NCBI RefSeq assembly: GCF_006345805.1
Contig: NC_043008.1
Location: forward strand, 52,948,001 to 53,012,000
Length of the DNA: 64,000 bases
DNA from: Octopus sinensis
Taxonomy: Eukaryota
Reading direction: 5' to 3'
The notes under the pieces are model-generated. The model did no database searches. It saw only the letters and a list, made by a program, of their open reading frames with translations, and was not told where the DNA came from. Made by a program: the position numbers and the translations under genes. Of this stretch, positions 51,601 through 63,803 are shown piece after piece. Positions within the stretch are counted from its first letter, which is position 1, and each line of letters begins with the position of its first letter.

Positions 51601-52098
51601 TAGCATGGCCTGCTAGTTAGAGATGCCTGTCTAGCCTTTGTAAATATATAAGAATTGTAGTGAAATAAATCCACTGATTACAAAAATAGAAATATTATAT
51701 TTCTAAATATCTCAGAGAGATTTATGCAGTAGTGGTACTATACAGTAGTTGTATATTGTCACATTAAGTTGACAGTATACAACTACTCTATCGTACTATT
51801 TCTATTTTTGTAATCAGTGAATTTATTTCACTAGAATTCTTATATGTTTACAAAGGGTAGACAGGCATCTCCAACTAGCAGGCCATGTTACTCCTGACTG
51901 ATGACGAGCAAAGAATCAGAAACTAGTCTCTGGATACAGGCTTAGCTGGGTGGAGGTGCTTGTCTCCCCCTTGTAAACATAAGGATACAGGAAATGTGTC
52001 AAGGCCGACAGGAACCATTGATGCTTCCTAGGGCTAAATAGCAGTGCTGTGATTCCCTTCATGGAACTGTCACATTAAGTTGACAGTATACAACTACT
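51601..52098 (+). mobile_element. Short Penelope-pLTR/retrozyme-like element: inverted arm, direct terminal repeat and hammerhead
   Basis: IR 51601-51694 / 51797-51890 (6 mismatches in 94); 31-bp exact direct repeat at 51757-51787 and 52068-52098; hammerhead-like fold at 51892-51934; (TA)n follows. Confidence 0.6.
51892..51934 (+). ncRNA. Type-I hammerhead ribozyme-like motif with canonical core
   Basis: TCCTGA / CTGATGA / CGA-GCAAAGAA-TCA / GAAA-CTAG-TC / TCTGGA: intact CUGAUGA, GAAA and GUC; palindromic ACTAGT helix III; stems I and II each have one mismatch. Confidence 0.6.
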
Positions 52099-52100
52099 AT

Positions 52101-52133
<33 letters not shown>

Positions 52134-52506
52134 GTATATATATATGTATATATATATACACACCTTATACACGTACATATGAGTTATACATTATTGCATA
52201 TATGTAGGTGTATAAATACACACACAGAGGGAGAGAGATAGAATTTACAACATGCAAAACATAGATTTGTTATTTAATGCTTTATAAAACATACACGAGT
52301 TTCGCCAAATTAAATTACCTTTATAATTACATAACCATTGTAGAAACATTATATAATGTTGCAAAGCACCTCTTCAGTGTTCTACGATAAACATTGAGCC
52401 CGATCGTCGGTTATGTACCACGCTTCACTGCGCATATCTTCAAAACTATCAACATATATCTGTGTGTATTTGTGTATGTATATATGAACATGTAAGTATT
52501 GTGTGT

Positions 52507-52547
<41 letters not shown>

Positions 52548-52877
52548 TGTGTCTGTGTATGTGTGTGTGAGTGCAAGGAGCGCTTACAGGTCAGAAGTTT
52601 GCTTTCCAATGTGTATGTACGCGTATGTGCATCTGTTGGTATGCTTACCTCCCTGTAACATTGCGATTCGCCAGAAGAAACCGATAGAATAACTAGCAGG
52701 CGTAAGAAAATAAGTACTGGCAGGGTAGTGCTCTAGCATGGCCGCACTCCAAAGGCTGAAACACATAAAAATAGATGCGTATGAGTGTGTGTGTGTGTGT
52801 GTGTGTGTATGTTTGCATGTGTGTGATTGCATATAAATATATACATACATACACACACGAACATGCACACACATACA

Positions 52878-52908
<31 letters not shown>

Positions 52909-53681
52909 CATACATACATACATACATACATACATACGTATTATAGTGTGAAGTGGCGTACAGCTGTATTCTCGTGCATACATGCAGATATACATGCTTT
53001 CATATACATACATGCGTATAAAATATATATCCAAATGTATACATATATGTGGGTATGTATGCATTTATGTCTGTATGTACGTATGTCGACTTTGCTTCCG
53101 TCCTTTCAGGATCGATAAATTAAGTACCAGTCAAGTACTGGAGTCGATGTGATCGACCATCCCCCCCCCAACAAGATCCAGGCCTTGTGCCTATAGTAGA
53201 AAGAATTAAAATAGATACCAGCTGAGCACTGGGGTTCGATCCAATCCACCTACCCGCCCTCCCCAGCTTCCACATAATTGCTGGCCTTGTGCCAAAATTT
53301 AAAATCAATATATTTATTCCTGAAATTTTTCAGTGTCCAAACTGTGAGTCTATTCTAATTAAGGCAACTGGTTTACAGATATATTCTGAATCACATTAGT
53401 TAACCTGACCCTCAGATCATCCATAGAACGAGATTTAGCTGAATACATTAATCTCTTTACATGTGTCCTCGTAAAATATATTTGATGTAGTTATTAATTA
53501 TTTTTAATGAATGCTTTGATCGATGGCGTTGAAATAGATGCAGCTTTCTTTTAAATGTCCTTAACAAATTAATTCTTCGTCTACAGAACAGAATTTATAA
53601 CGATTTGATATTGCATAAGAATTTTATAATGAAGCTTTGTTGAGTGAATGTATGCGTATATATATATGTGTGTGTGCGTGT

Positions 53682-53733
<52 letters not shown>

Positions 53734-54137
53734 TTTGTGAGTGTGTATATATATATATATATATATATGCATCCGTGTGTGTGTGGGAGTGTATATACAT
53801 ATACATATATATGTGTGTGAGACAGTGTATGTGGAAGCGCAATGGCCCAGTGGTTAGGGCTTGCGGTTGTAGGATCGCAGTTTCGATTCTCAGACCGGGC
53901 GTTGTGAGTGTTTATTGAGCGAAAACACCTAAAGCTCCACGAAGCTCCGGCAGTGGGGGGTGGGTGGCGATCTCTGCTGTACTCTTTCACTACAACTTTC
54001 TCTCAGTCTTTCTTCTGTTGGCCTGCTCGCTTAGCCAGCGGGGTGGCGTTATTTGAAGGCTAAAACAATGCGAAGCGCATTGTGAACAGCGATGTTTAAC
54101 AACATCTGTTAGCCTAGTCGGTCACGGTGATAACGGT

Positions 54138-54192
<55 letters not shown>

Positions 54193-55126
54193 CAAAATCA
54201 CGACTATGTTCAAGTTTGATCTGTTTGATAAAAACATGCACACACATACACACACGTGTATGTAAATACATACACGCACATACACACGCATAAACTTATA
54301 TATGTATAAACACATAGGAACATATATATGTGTATATATATATATATATGTACCAGTGTATGTAAACGGGGGAGTTATAAATAATGGTATATTGGCTTTA
54401 TTTTTTTGGCAAAAGGCCAGCAATTTCTGGGTGTAAGTGACGAATTGCATTACATTGTATGCTATACCTGCCACATTCTAATCTTTCATCTTGTGGACTT
54501 TAATCATTTCAAAGGGGTAGCTACAGGTTTTTAACATGGGTGGAGATTTATAATCATTTCTGGTACTTATTTTATCGAACCCCCAGGATGAAAGGATGAA
54601 AAGCAAAATGGACCTCGGCGGAATTTGAACTCTGAACGTAAAGATGGACGAAATGCGGCAAAGCATTTTGCCAGGCGTGCTAACCATCCTGCCTTCTCGC
54701 AGCCCTAAATAATGGCATGATATTAAGAACAAATTAATATTATTATAGAACGATATAAAATTGATATAAACATGAAAGTCAACAGTTGTTATTTCGACAT
54801 CACAGATGCCATGTTCATAGTTTGTAAAACCACAAATAAATGTCAGTAATTTTGATAGCAAATTCTGATACATCGAGATTATTTTCTTAGTTGAGAATAG
54901 AGAAGGGTGGAAACGTTGTTCACCTTATTTCTTTATTGCCCACAAGGGGCTAAACATAGAGGGGACAAACAAGGACTTAACTAGTTGTATACACAATGAA
55001 CCCGAATGGCTGTTGATTATCTGCAATTTAATTAACCCTTTAGAATTTAGATTACACTGTCAAATATAATGCTTATTTATTCATAATGTTTTGAATTAAT
55101 CATGCATTGTGTCACAATCTTGTTTT

Positions 55127-55289
55127 AGGTGTAGGAGTGGCTGTGTGGTAAGTAGCTTGCTTACCAACCACATGGTTCCGGGTTCAGTCCCACTGCGTGG
55201 CACCTTGGGCAACTGTCTTCTACTATAGCCTCGGGCCGAGCAAAGCCTTGTGAGTGGATTTGGTAGACGGAAACTGAAAGAAGCCCATC

Positions 55290-55368
<79 letters not shown>

Positions 55369-55570
55369 TGTTTGTGTGTCTGTGTTTGTCCCCCCAACAT
55401 CGCTTGATAACCGATGGTGGTGTGTTTACGTCCCTGTAACTTAGCGGTTCGGCAAAAAGAGACCGATAGAATAAGTACTAGGCTTACAAAGAATAAGTCC
55501 TGAGGTCGATTTGCTCGACTAAAGGCGGTGCTCCTGCATGGCCGCAGTCAAATGACTGAAACAAGTAAAA
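55127..55570 (+). mobile_element. SINE family A (well-preserved)
   Basis: Complete head, (TA)(TG) core and tail ending TGACTGAAACAAGTAAAA. Confidence 0.9.
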
Positions 55571-56573
55571 GCTCCAACATTTCAATGATATGATTGTATA
55601 TTCTCAAAATTACCTTTTTAGGTTCAGTGTGAGAGCATAAAGGAGGTAGAATATTTGTGTCTGATTTGGCCTGTTTAAATACTAAAGGGCTGAACCACCC
55701 TAAAATACTTACCTACTAACAAAAAAGTAACTACATATTCATAATCTGAATCGCATCAAACGGGTATTTCTAGGGTATTAACGCTAAAATTATTTCACTA
55801 TTTTCCAAACTGTCCTTTTCAGTCTACTTATCGTTGCACCATTGCTGGAATAACCTCTGTTTTTCTTAATTTTGTGGATATATATATATTTCTTTACTAA
55901 ACACAGAGGGGACAAACAAGGACAGACAAAGGGATTAAGTCGATTATATCGACCCCAGTGCGTAACTGGTACTTAATTTATCGACCCCTAAAGGATGAAA
56001 GGCAAAAGTCGACCTCGGCGGAATTTGAACTCGGAACGCAACGGCAGACGAAATACGGCTACGCATTTCGCCTGGCGTGCTAACGTTTCTTATTTCTTTA
56101 TTGCCCACAAGGGGCTAAATGTAGAGGGGACAAACAAGGACAGACAAACGGATTAAGTCGATTACATCGATCCCAGTGCGTAACTGGTACTTAATTTATC
56201 GATCCCGAAAGGATGAAAGGCAAAAGTCGACCTCGGCGGAATTTGAACTCGGAACGTAACGACAGACGAAATACGGCTACGCATTTCGTCCGGCGTGCTA
56301 ACGTTTCTGCCAGCTCGCCGCTTTATTTTGTGGAAATATATAATCTCCATCTAAAATCGACTGCCTCATACATCTCCTCGTTTCGTCACACCACACTATT
56401 CTATGTCGCCTCTTAAGTATTTCATAGTTTTACAAAATCTTCCACTGCACAACTGTTATTTATTGGCTGTTTCTAGCTATTTATACTTCCATCAATCTTC
56501 CATCAATCTATAGACTTGCAAACATCAAACACAGCAGTAATCGTATTAATCTCGCACAAACGTCCTTACTCTT

Positions 56574-56770
56574 TTGTCGATCGCTATTACTGCCTGTTCG
56601 ATATTATTGCAGCTGTTGTCTTCCAGCAAAGTCCACTGCAGCTGACACTGATGCAATATAGCGACATATTGTGGCATTGCATTGCATGATTGAATGATTA
56701 GGAAGCAAACACAAGGTCACGCGTTGGATTCCACTGTGTGGCATCTTGGGTAATGACAATTATTTCAGTC
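56574..56770 (+). repeat. Direct duplication, copy 1 (copy 2 at 63804-64000)
   Basis: 197 bp ungapped, 5 mismatches, offset 7230 bp; copy 2 runs off the window. Confidence 0.95.
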
Positions 56771-58042
56771 TAGGGTCGACGGAAGCCTTGTGGGTTAATT
56801 TGGGTTGATGGAAACTGTATAGAGGGCCATCGGATGGACTGTACTAGTGAGGCGAATGTCTAGCCCTTGTCACACTGCGTCAAGACGATTCTATCTGAGA
56901 ATTACGTTAAGGGAACACGCAACTATGAAATACTCGGCCACATTAATGCAGAGAATTGTTTGTTCTTTCTCGAGCCACGCCTGGTTCATAAGTGCCGGTT
57001 TCCCGGTTTTCTTGGAGTATAGGTTTCCCACCTGGACGGGACGGCGGTCCATCGCAGGTGAGCTGTTAGATGCAGGAGGAAAGAGTGGGAGAAAGTTGTG
57101 GCGAAAGAGCCAGCAGAAGTTCGCCATTACCCTCTGCCGGAGCCGCGTGGAGCTCAGGTGTTTCGCTCATAAATACACACATCGCCCGTTCTAAGATTCG
57201 AATCCGCGCTCCCTCGACCGCGATTCCGCTGCTCAAACCACTAGGCCTCCACTAATGTAGAGAATAAATTGTTTAATTGGCTGAGCACTGGAAGCTGACA
57301 TGTTGAAGTCAACGTGATAATTCATCATTGTAAAATTCGCAATCGCAATATTTTCTCCTAAGCAATGTAGATGTGGATGGTTAGTGTGTGGCACTAAGCC
57401 GTAGTTGAAGAATCAGATGTCTTTTAGTAGGTATTTATCAGAATATCGACATGAACCAAAGTTCCAAACCACCGATTTTTGGACTTTCTATAATTCCCTT
57501 TTTTTTCGGTACAAAAACTGTGTGTATCTTCTCATAGTAAGAGTGCTTATGTGTGTATAAGAATATGTGAGTGTATGTTTGGTAAGTTTACACTGCTTAA
57601 AATCGTTAAGCAACTTCTAGAGATGTAGGGTGTCACAAAAAAACATTCAATATTAACCATTTTTTCTAAACGTTTCGAAAGAAAAGGCGTCCTTGCACTG
57701 GTGATGGTAACTGAAAAAATACGATAAGCCATTAGCGAAATGAGGAAACCATTTACACTTGCCTAACTTCTCTAATGCCACACCAATGGCCGTGTAAGAG
57801 GAAGAAGGGTTTTCTGCCGTACTCTGTATATGTTAATGTTCCTTGCAGATGTTATTTAGTCTTGAAATTGAGACATAGTATTTTAAGTGCTGTCGTGATC
57901 CTGGGACAGGAGTGATAACTGGGACGTTGTGTCTATCGATATAGGGTATTCTCTTCCACAACAACCCTGATCGAGCATAACTCACGTGACATGGACAGTG
58001 ACGAAAGACGCGTTGTAATTGATCCATATAACTATTTTCTTT

Positions 58043-58043
<1 letters not shown>

Positions 58044-58115
<72 letters not shown>

Positions 58116-59246
58116 TGTACATGCATGCATGCATGCATACATAACATACATACATACATACATGCATACATGCATACATACATACATACAATACATACAT
58201 ACATACATGCATACTTCATACATACATACATACATAACATACATACATACATACATACATGCATACATTCATACATAATACATACATGCATACATTCATA
58301 CATACATACATACATACATACATACATAATGCATACATTCATACATACATACATACATACATGCATACATGCATGCATACATACATACATACTACATACA
58401 TACATACATACATACATCATACATACATACATACATTCATACATACATACATACATTCATACATACATACATACATACATACATGCATACATTCATACAT
58501 ACATACATACATGCATACATTCATACATACATACATACATACATACATACATACATGCATACATTCATACATACATACATACATACATACATACATACAT
58601 ACATACATACATACATGCATACATTCATACATACATACATACATACATACATACATACATACATTCATACATACATACATACATGCATACATTCATACAT
58701 ACATACATACATTCATACATACATACATACATACATGCATACATTCATACATACATACATACATGCATACATTCATACATACATACATACATTCATACAT
58801 ACATACATTCATACATTCATACATACATACATACATTCATACATACATACATGCATACATTCATACATACATACATGCATACATACATACATGCATACAT
58901 TCATACATACATACATACATTCATACATACATACATACATACATACATGCATACATTCATACATACATACATGCATACATTCATACATACATACATACAT
59001 ACATACATACATACATACATACATACATAATGCATACATGCATGCATACATACATACATACATACATACATGCATACATGCATACATACATAATGCATAC
59101 ATGCATACATACATACATACATACATACATACATAATACATACATGCATACATGCATACATACATAATGCATACATGCATACATACATACATACATGCAT
59201 ACATACATACATACATACATACATACATACATACATACATACATAC
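58044..59246. repeat. About 1.2-kb (TA)(GATA)(CATA)n microsatellite with recurring CATG/CATT variants
   Basis: Seen directly; source of the HTYI/MYVC artefact ORFs. Confidence 0.97.
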
Positions 59247-60047
59247 AGGGAGGGTTTCCTGCAGCATTCTATATGTTACCTAGTCTTGAAATTGAGACAC
59301 AGTTTTTGAAGTGTTTTCATGATCCTGGGATAGATGTGTAATCGCCATGAGTGATAACTGGAAATTTGTGTCTAATATGTATTAGGAATGTGACATTTTC
59401 AAATGAGGGTTGCTCGAACCTTGATAAGAGTTGTAATATTTTAGGCGGCAAGCTGTCAAAATCATTAGCACACCGGATAAAATGCTTAGTAGTATTTCGT
59501 CCGGCTCTACGTTCTGAGATCAAATTCCACCATGGTCGTCTTTGCCTTTCATCGTTCCTGGATCGATAATATAAGTACCAGCTGATTACTCTAGTCGATG
59601 TAATCGACTTACTCCCCCCCCCTCCTAAATTCCTGGCTTTTCAGAGACTTTTTATGGATTTATAATGTCGCCTTCCAAATGTTAAAAGCCATTGCTTACA
59701 GTCTTAATATTTTTTCTTCTACATTGTATCTTTTCTTTGGCTTTTTTAACATATAAATATACTGAGCCAGAGTAAATATCTTAGCTAAAGGTCTTAGTCA
59801 TGAACACAACTCAATGTCCGTTAGGACAACTCGGTTTATGATCCAACACGGTTTGAATCTGTAAACAGAAAATAGAATTGTTTGTCAATTTCAAGGTTGA
59901 TACACATCAATGTTTCTTCTCTAAGGTGAGCCTTTGTGCGCGCGCATACATATTTTTCAACAGCAAGAGCACAGAGGGACAAAAGACAATAAATGTACGC
60001 ACATATTTTCAAGATGAAATCGAATATATTCTCATACTGAAGATATT

Positions 60048-60580
60048 TAACTTAGATAACTTAGACATGTTTCGACCAAAGATTGGTCCAGGCCATGTCT
60101 AACTTAATAGCACCACCTGATAGGATTATTCGAATCCTGTTTAAGTCAAGTTTTGTTCAAGTAGTAAGTTCTTGTTGGGTGAGTTGTATCAAGTTTTGTT
60201 CAAGTAGTGAGTTCTTGTTGGGTGAGTTGTATCCAATTATGGGTGGCTTATCTAGTATTCTTTGAAGGAATCTATCCAGATTCCGTTTAAAGTTGATGGG
60301 ATCCTTTTCCTCTTTGATCTCCCTCGGGGAAATGTTAAATAGGGCAGGGCCTGTTGAGGAAAAGAAATTATGTTGCAGTGTACATGTATGTTGTGATCTT
60401 GAATTGGGCAGGGGACGTATGGCCCGTGGTCCCAGTCTTGGATGAACCTTGAAGCTAATGTTAAGGTCGTTTGGGCAAAGTTGGTGGTATATTCTCCACA
60501 TCGTACAAATGATGTACCGCTCACGGCGACGCTGGAGGGAGTAAAGTTTCAAGGCTTTAAGGCGATCCCAATAATATTTA
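60048..60580 (-). mobile_element. CR1/L2-type LINE 3' end with terminal stem-loop and short repeat tail
   Basis: WDRLKALKLYSLQRRRERY...NFFSSTGPALFN...FKRNLDRFL...NKNSLL; 3' hairpin TTAGACATG..GACCAA-TCT-TTGGTC..CATGTCTAA (60061-60102), then TCTAAGTTA repeats. Confidence 0.85.
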
Positions 60581-61547
60581 TATAATTTTATACAAAAACC
60601 TTAAATAATGCATGCATAAAAATGGTGTACATTTGCTTAAAAGATTATTATGGTTGCTTGCATTGATGTATATATATTTAGCAAAGTAAACAAAATTTGC
60701 ACACCAGTAAATTTTTGTGCACATCTACAGCAAAAAAATCGAGTGAAGATTACTGCTCACACGGTTCTACATAAAACTCAGACAAGTTTTAGATCTAAAG
60801 AATAGTTTACAATGTTATATTTATATAAAGTTCATTTTTAGGCCTTCCTATCTGTTGAGGTCGTCTGGTTGTTGCCACTCGACCTCATCGATTCCTTCGT
60901 GTTCCACAATAAGAAAATATCTCTTAAATGATAATCAACCATCCATTAACAGATTGAACATGATTATTTTGTACATGCCACACCTATTAGTAGGAGCTGA
61001 AATGAATATAGCAAGAAAAATGGAACACTTGTGTCGCTGTTATCGATATTGGGTGTTCTCTTCTACAAAAACCCTTATCGAGCATAACTAACGTGACGTA
61101 CACAGTCGATTGAAAGACGCGTTGTGATTGATCCATATAACTATTTTCCCATATATATATACACATAGACACATATACATACATATGTGTGTGTATGTGT
61201 GTATGTATGTATGTATGTATGTATGTATGTATGTATGTATGTATGTATATATGTATGTATGTATGCATGTATGTATGTGTGTCTGTATCTGTTCCCCACC
61301 ACTGCCTGACAACAGGTTTTGGAGTGTTTATGTCCATGTAACGTAGCGTTTCGGCATTAGTGACCGATAAAATAAGCCCCAGGCTTTAAAAATCATAAGT
61401 ATATTTCAGTCCGTTCACTCGACTAAAAATTCTTCTAAACGGTGTCCCAGCTTGGTCGCAGTCTAGTGACTGAAACAATATAAGATAAAAGATATGTATT
61501 TCTATATATGTATATTTACGTGTGTGAGTGAGTGTGTGTGTGTGTGT

Positions 61548-61597
<50 letters not shown>

Positions 61598-61730
61598 TGT
61601 GTGGCGGTGTGAAAATAGAGAAAGTGAGAAATATACCTGTGTAGAAGTAGTTGTTTGCATAGACACACCTATAAGCAAAGTAATTGCAGTCACACATCAT
61701 TATTTTAATGTTTTCCCCATTCTTGTCTGA

Positions 61731-61764
61731 TTTTGATGAACGACCATTGTCTGAAACGTCAAAA
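61731..61764 (+). ncRNA. Degenerate hammerhead-like remnant
   Basis: TT / TTGATGA / AC-GAC-CATT-GTC-T / GAAA-CG-TC / AAAA; C3 changed to U and only 2 bp of stem I. Confidence 0.3.
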
Positions 61765-62439
61765 ACTTTATTTAATTTTTCCTTCCTCTAAACTGAACTT
61801 ATTCAGAATGTATACATTTCTCCATTGTTCTGTCGTTTCTTTCTTTTTTTATTGCATTATTTGCTTTGTTCCACCCCGTTATTCCACTCGGACATTCTGC
61901 TCTCATCTCGACAATGGCTTCTCCAATTATGACCGTATTTATCTAAGTCGTAACATCACTGATAACCTATGCTACGTACAATCATAAACACTCACACACA
62001 GACACGCACAAACGCATGCAGAGAGAAAGAAAGGTGGGGGTATAGAAATAGAGAGAGTAAGAATGAGAGCTGCTAGTTATATATTTGTCTGCTCGGTTTG
62101 TTTTTTTTTTTGTTTTACGTCTTTGATTTAATAGCTTTATATGTTTTCGCCTTTCAATTCTCATAATAAACTGATTAATCAATAAGAAACTTCATTAAGC
62201 AATATATTATAAGTCCTTCATTAAAATTTAAGCATCTTTTATTGTACTTTTAACCTGTTGAACTTCAGAATCGTTTCACAAACTATTACAGTCCCCTGGC
62301 GGACGTTATTGTATTTAGCATCACACTTGAGACTTTCTGACATTTCAAAGATTTCTCCTTATTTCCGTGTATGCGTAGGTGTATATGCATGTGTCTGTAC
62401 GGATGTATTTATGTACGTTCGTCCGTCCATATGTATATA

Positions 62440-62566
62440 TCGCATGTATGTATGTATGTATGCATGTATGTATGTATGTATGTATGTATGTATGTATGTA
62501 TGTATGTATGTATGTATGTATGTATGTATGTATATAAGCATGTATGTATGTATGTATGTATGTATG

Positions 62567-62597
<31 letters not shown>

Positions 62598-62610
62598 GCA
62601 TGCATGTATG
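62440..62610. repeat. (TATG)n microsatellite
   Basis: Seen directly. Confidence 0.95.
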
Positions 62611-62658
62611 TGTGTATTCATTTATGAATGAAAAGATGTTTACATGTATATGTTATGA

Positions 62659-62940
62659 GGAGGCGCAATGGCCCAGTGGTTAGGGCAGCGGACTCGCGGT
62701 CGGAGGATCGCGGTTTCGATTCCCAGACCGGGCGTTGTGCGTGTTTATTGAGCGAAAGCACCTCAAAGCTCCACGAGGCTCCGGCAGGGGGTGGTGGCGA
62801 CCCATGTTGTACTCTTTCGCCACAACTTTCTCTCACTCTCTCTTCCTGTTTCTTGAGTAACGCTGTGATGGACTGGCGTCCCGTCCTGCTGGAGGGAACA
62901 CATTCGCCACAGAAACCGGGAAACCGGGCCCATTAGCCTG
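62659..62940 (+). mobile_element. SINE family C (well-preserved)
   Basis: tRNA-like head GGAGGCGCAATGGCCCAGTGGTTAGGGCAGCGGACTCGCGG...GGTTTCGATTCC followed by the family body; not a tRNA gene. Confidence 0.85.
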
Positions 62941-63180
62941 GTTATAATTGAGAAGGGCGACGTTTATCGTTTATATGTTATGAATTATGAGTATATGTAA
63001 ATACCTACGTCTGGGTGTATGTTTTTGAATGTATGTATACATATTTGTTTGTATGTATATATATATTTATCTCTATGAGTATAAATTAATGTACGTATAT
63101 AATTATTACGATTTGCATTCTTACATGTGCATAATCATATATCTGAGTAAATGTTTGTACTCATGTTGTCTGTACTTATG

Positions 63181-63214
<34 letters not shown>

Positions 63215-63226
63215 TTAATAATAATG

Positions 63227-63788
63227 CCCTGATGCAGTACCAGGCAGTGGCTCTCATGGCTTCTGATCTAACTGATTAGAAATGTTATCATGTACATAGT
63301 TTTGTCTTGGGATAAAAGATGGGCTACAGCAAATATTCTGCTCAATACCACAGATTTGCTTGTCATTGTTTGACCTTAACAGTTGAGCATGTCCCTTAGT
63401 GGCTGACGATGTGCATCTCTGATCACGAGCAGAAGTAGTGGGGGAGCATCAAGCCATGTGTTGAGAGGGATTCTTTGGGGTTTGAATAATTCACCTCTGG
63501 AAAAACATGGGTGGTTCTTTCAACATCCTTAAACAACCTTATTCAGGGACTTTTGAGCGGGATGGGCTACTCAACCTAAGAAAATTCTAACTGGGCCCCA
63601 CCTGCAAGTTCATGTCTGTTTATCTTGATATGAGATCACCATGTCGCGCACATATGGTTGTGATGCATGTGCCTGGTGTACCCTTATCAGACGGGTAGTC
63701 ATGATGGGTATATTGGGCTTCGTATATTTTACCCCATTGTCACTTTGATGGCATGCACTGCTCTCTCACTCAATAATAATAATAATAA
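63227..63788 (+). mobile_element. Unclassified interspersed-type element between two (AAT)n runs
   Basis: GC-richer non-coding block with (AAT)n at 63182-63226 and 63771-63788; resembles a LINE 3' UTR, not confirmed. Confidence 0.35.
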
Positions 63789-63803
63789 GGACCTTCCTAT
63801 CTG

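Noticed and set aside
54832-54873. MYQNLLSKLLTFIC-G as the first exon of the chitin-binding gene
   Set aside because: Phase and hydrophobicity fit, but the donor would be GTTTTA, far from consensus.
58125-59267. Long 250-300-aa ORFs (HTYI/MYVC repeats), and similar YI-, CV- and poly-I/L ORFs elsewhere
   Set aside because: Translations of stop-free microsatellites.
60061-60102. Hairpin containing GAAACATGTC as a hammerhead
   Set aside because: No CUGANGA core; better explained as the 3' stem-loop of the CR1/L2 LINE.
62659-62735. tRNA gene
   Set aside because: A and B boxes are present, but it runs straight into a SINE body shared by five copies and lacks a proper acceptor stem.
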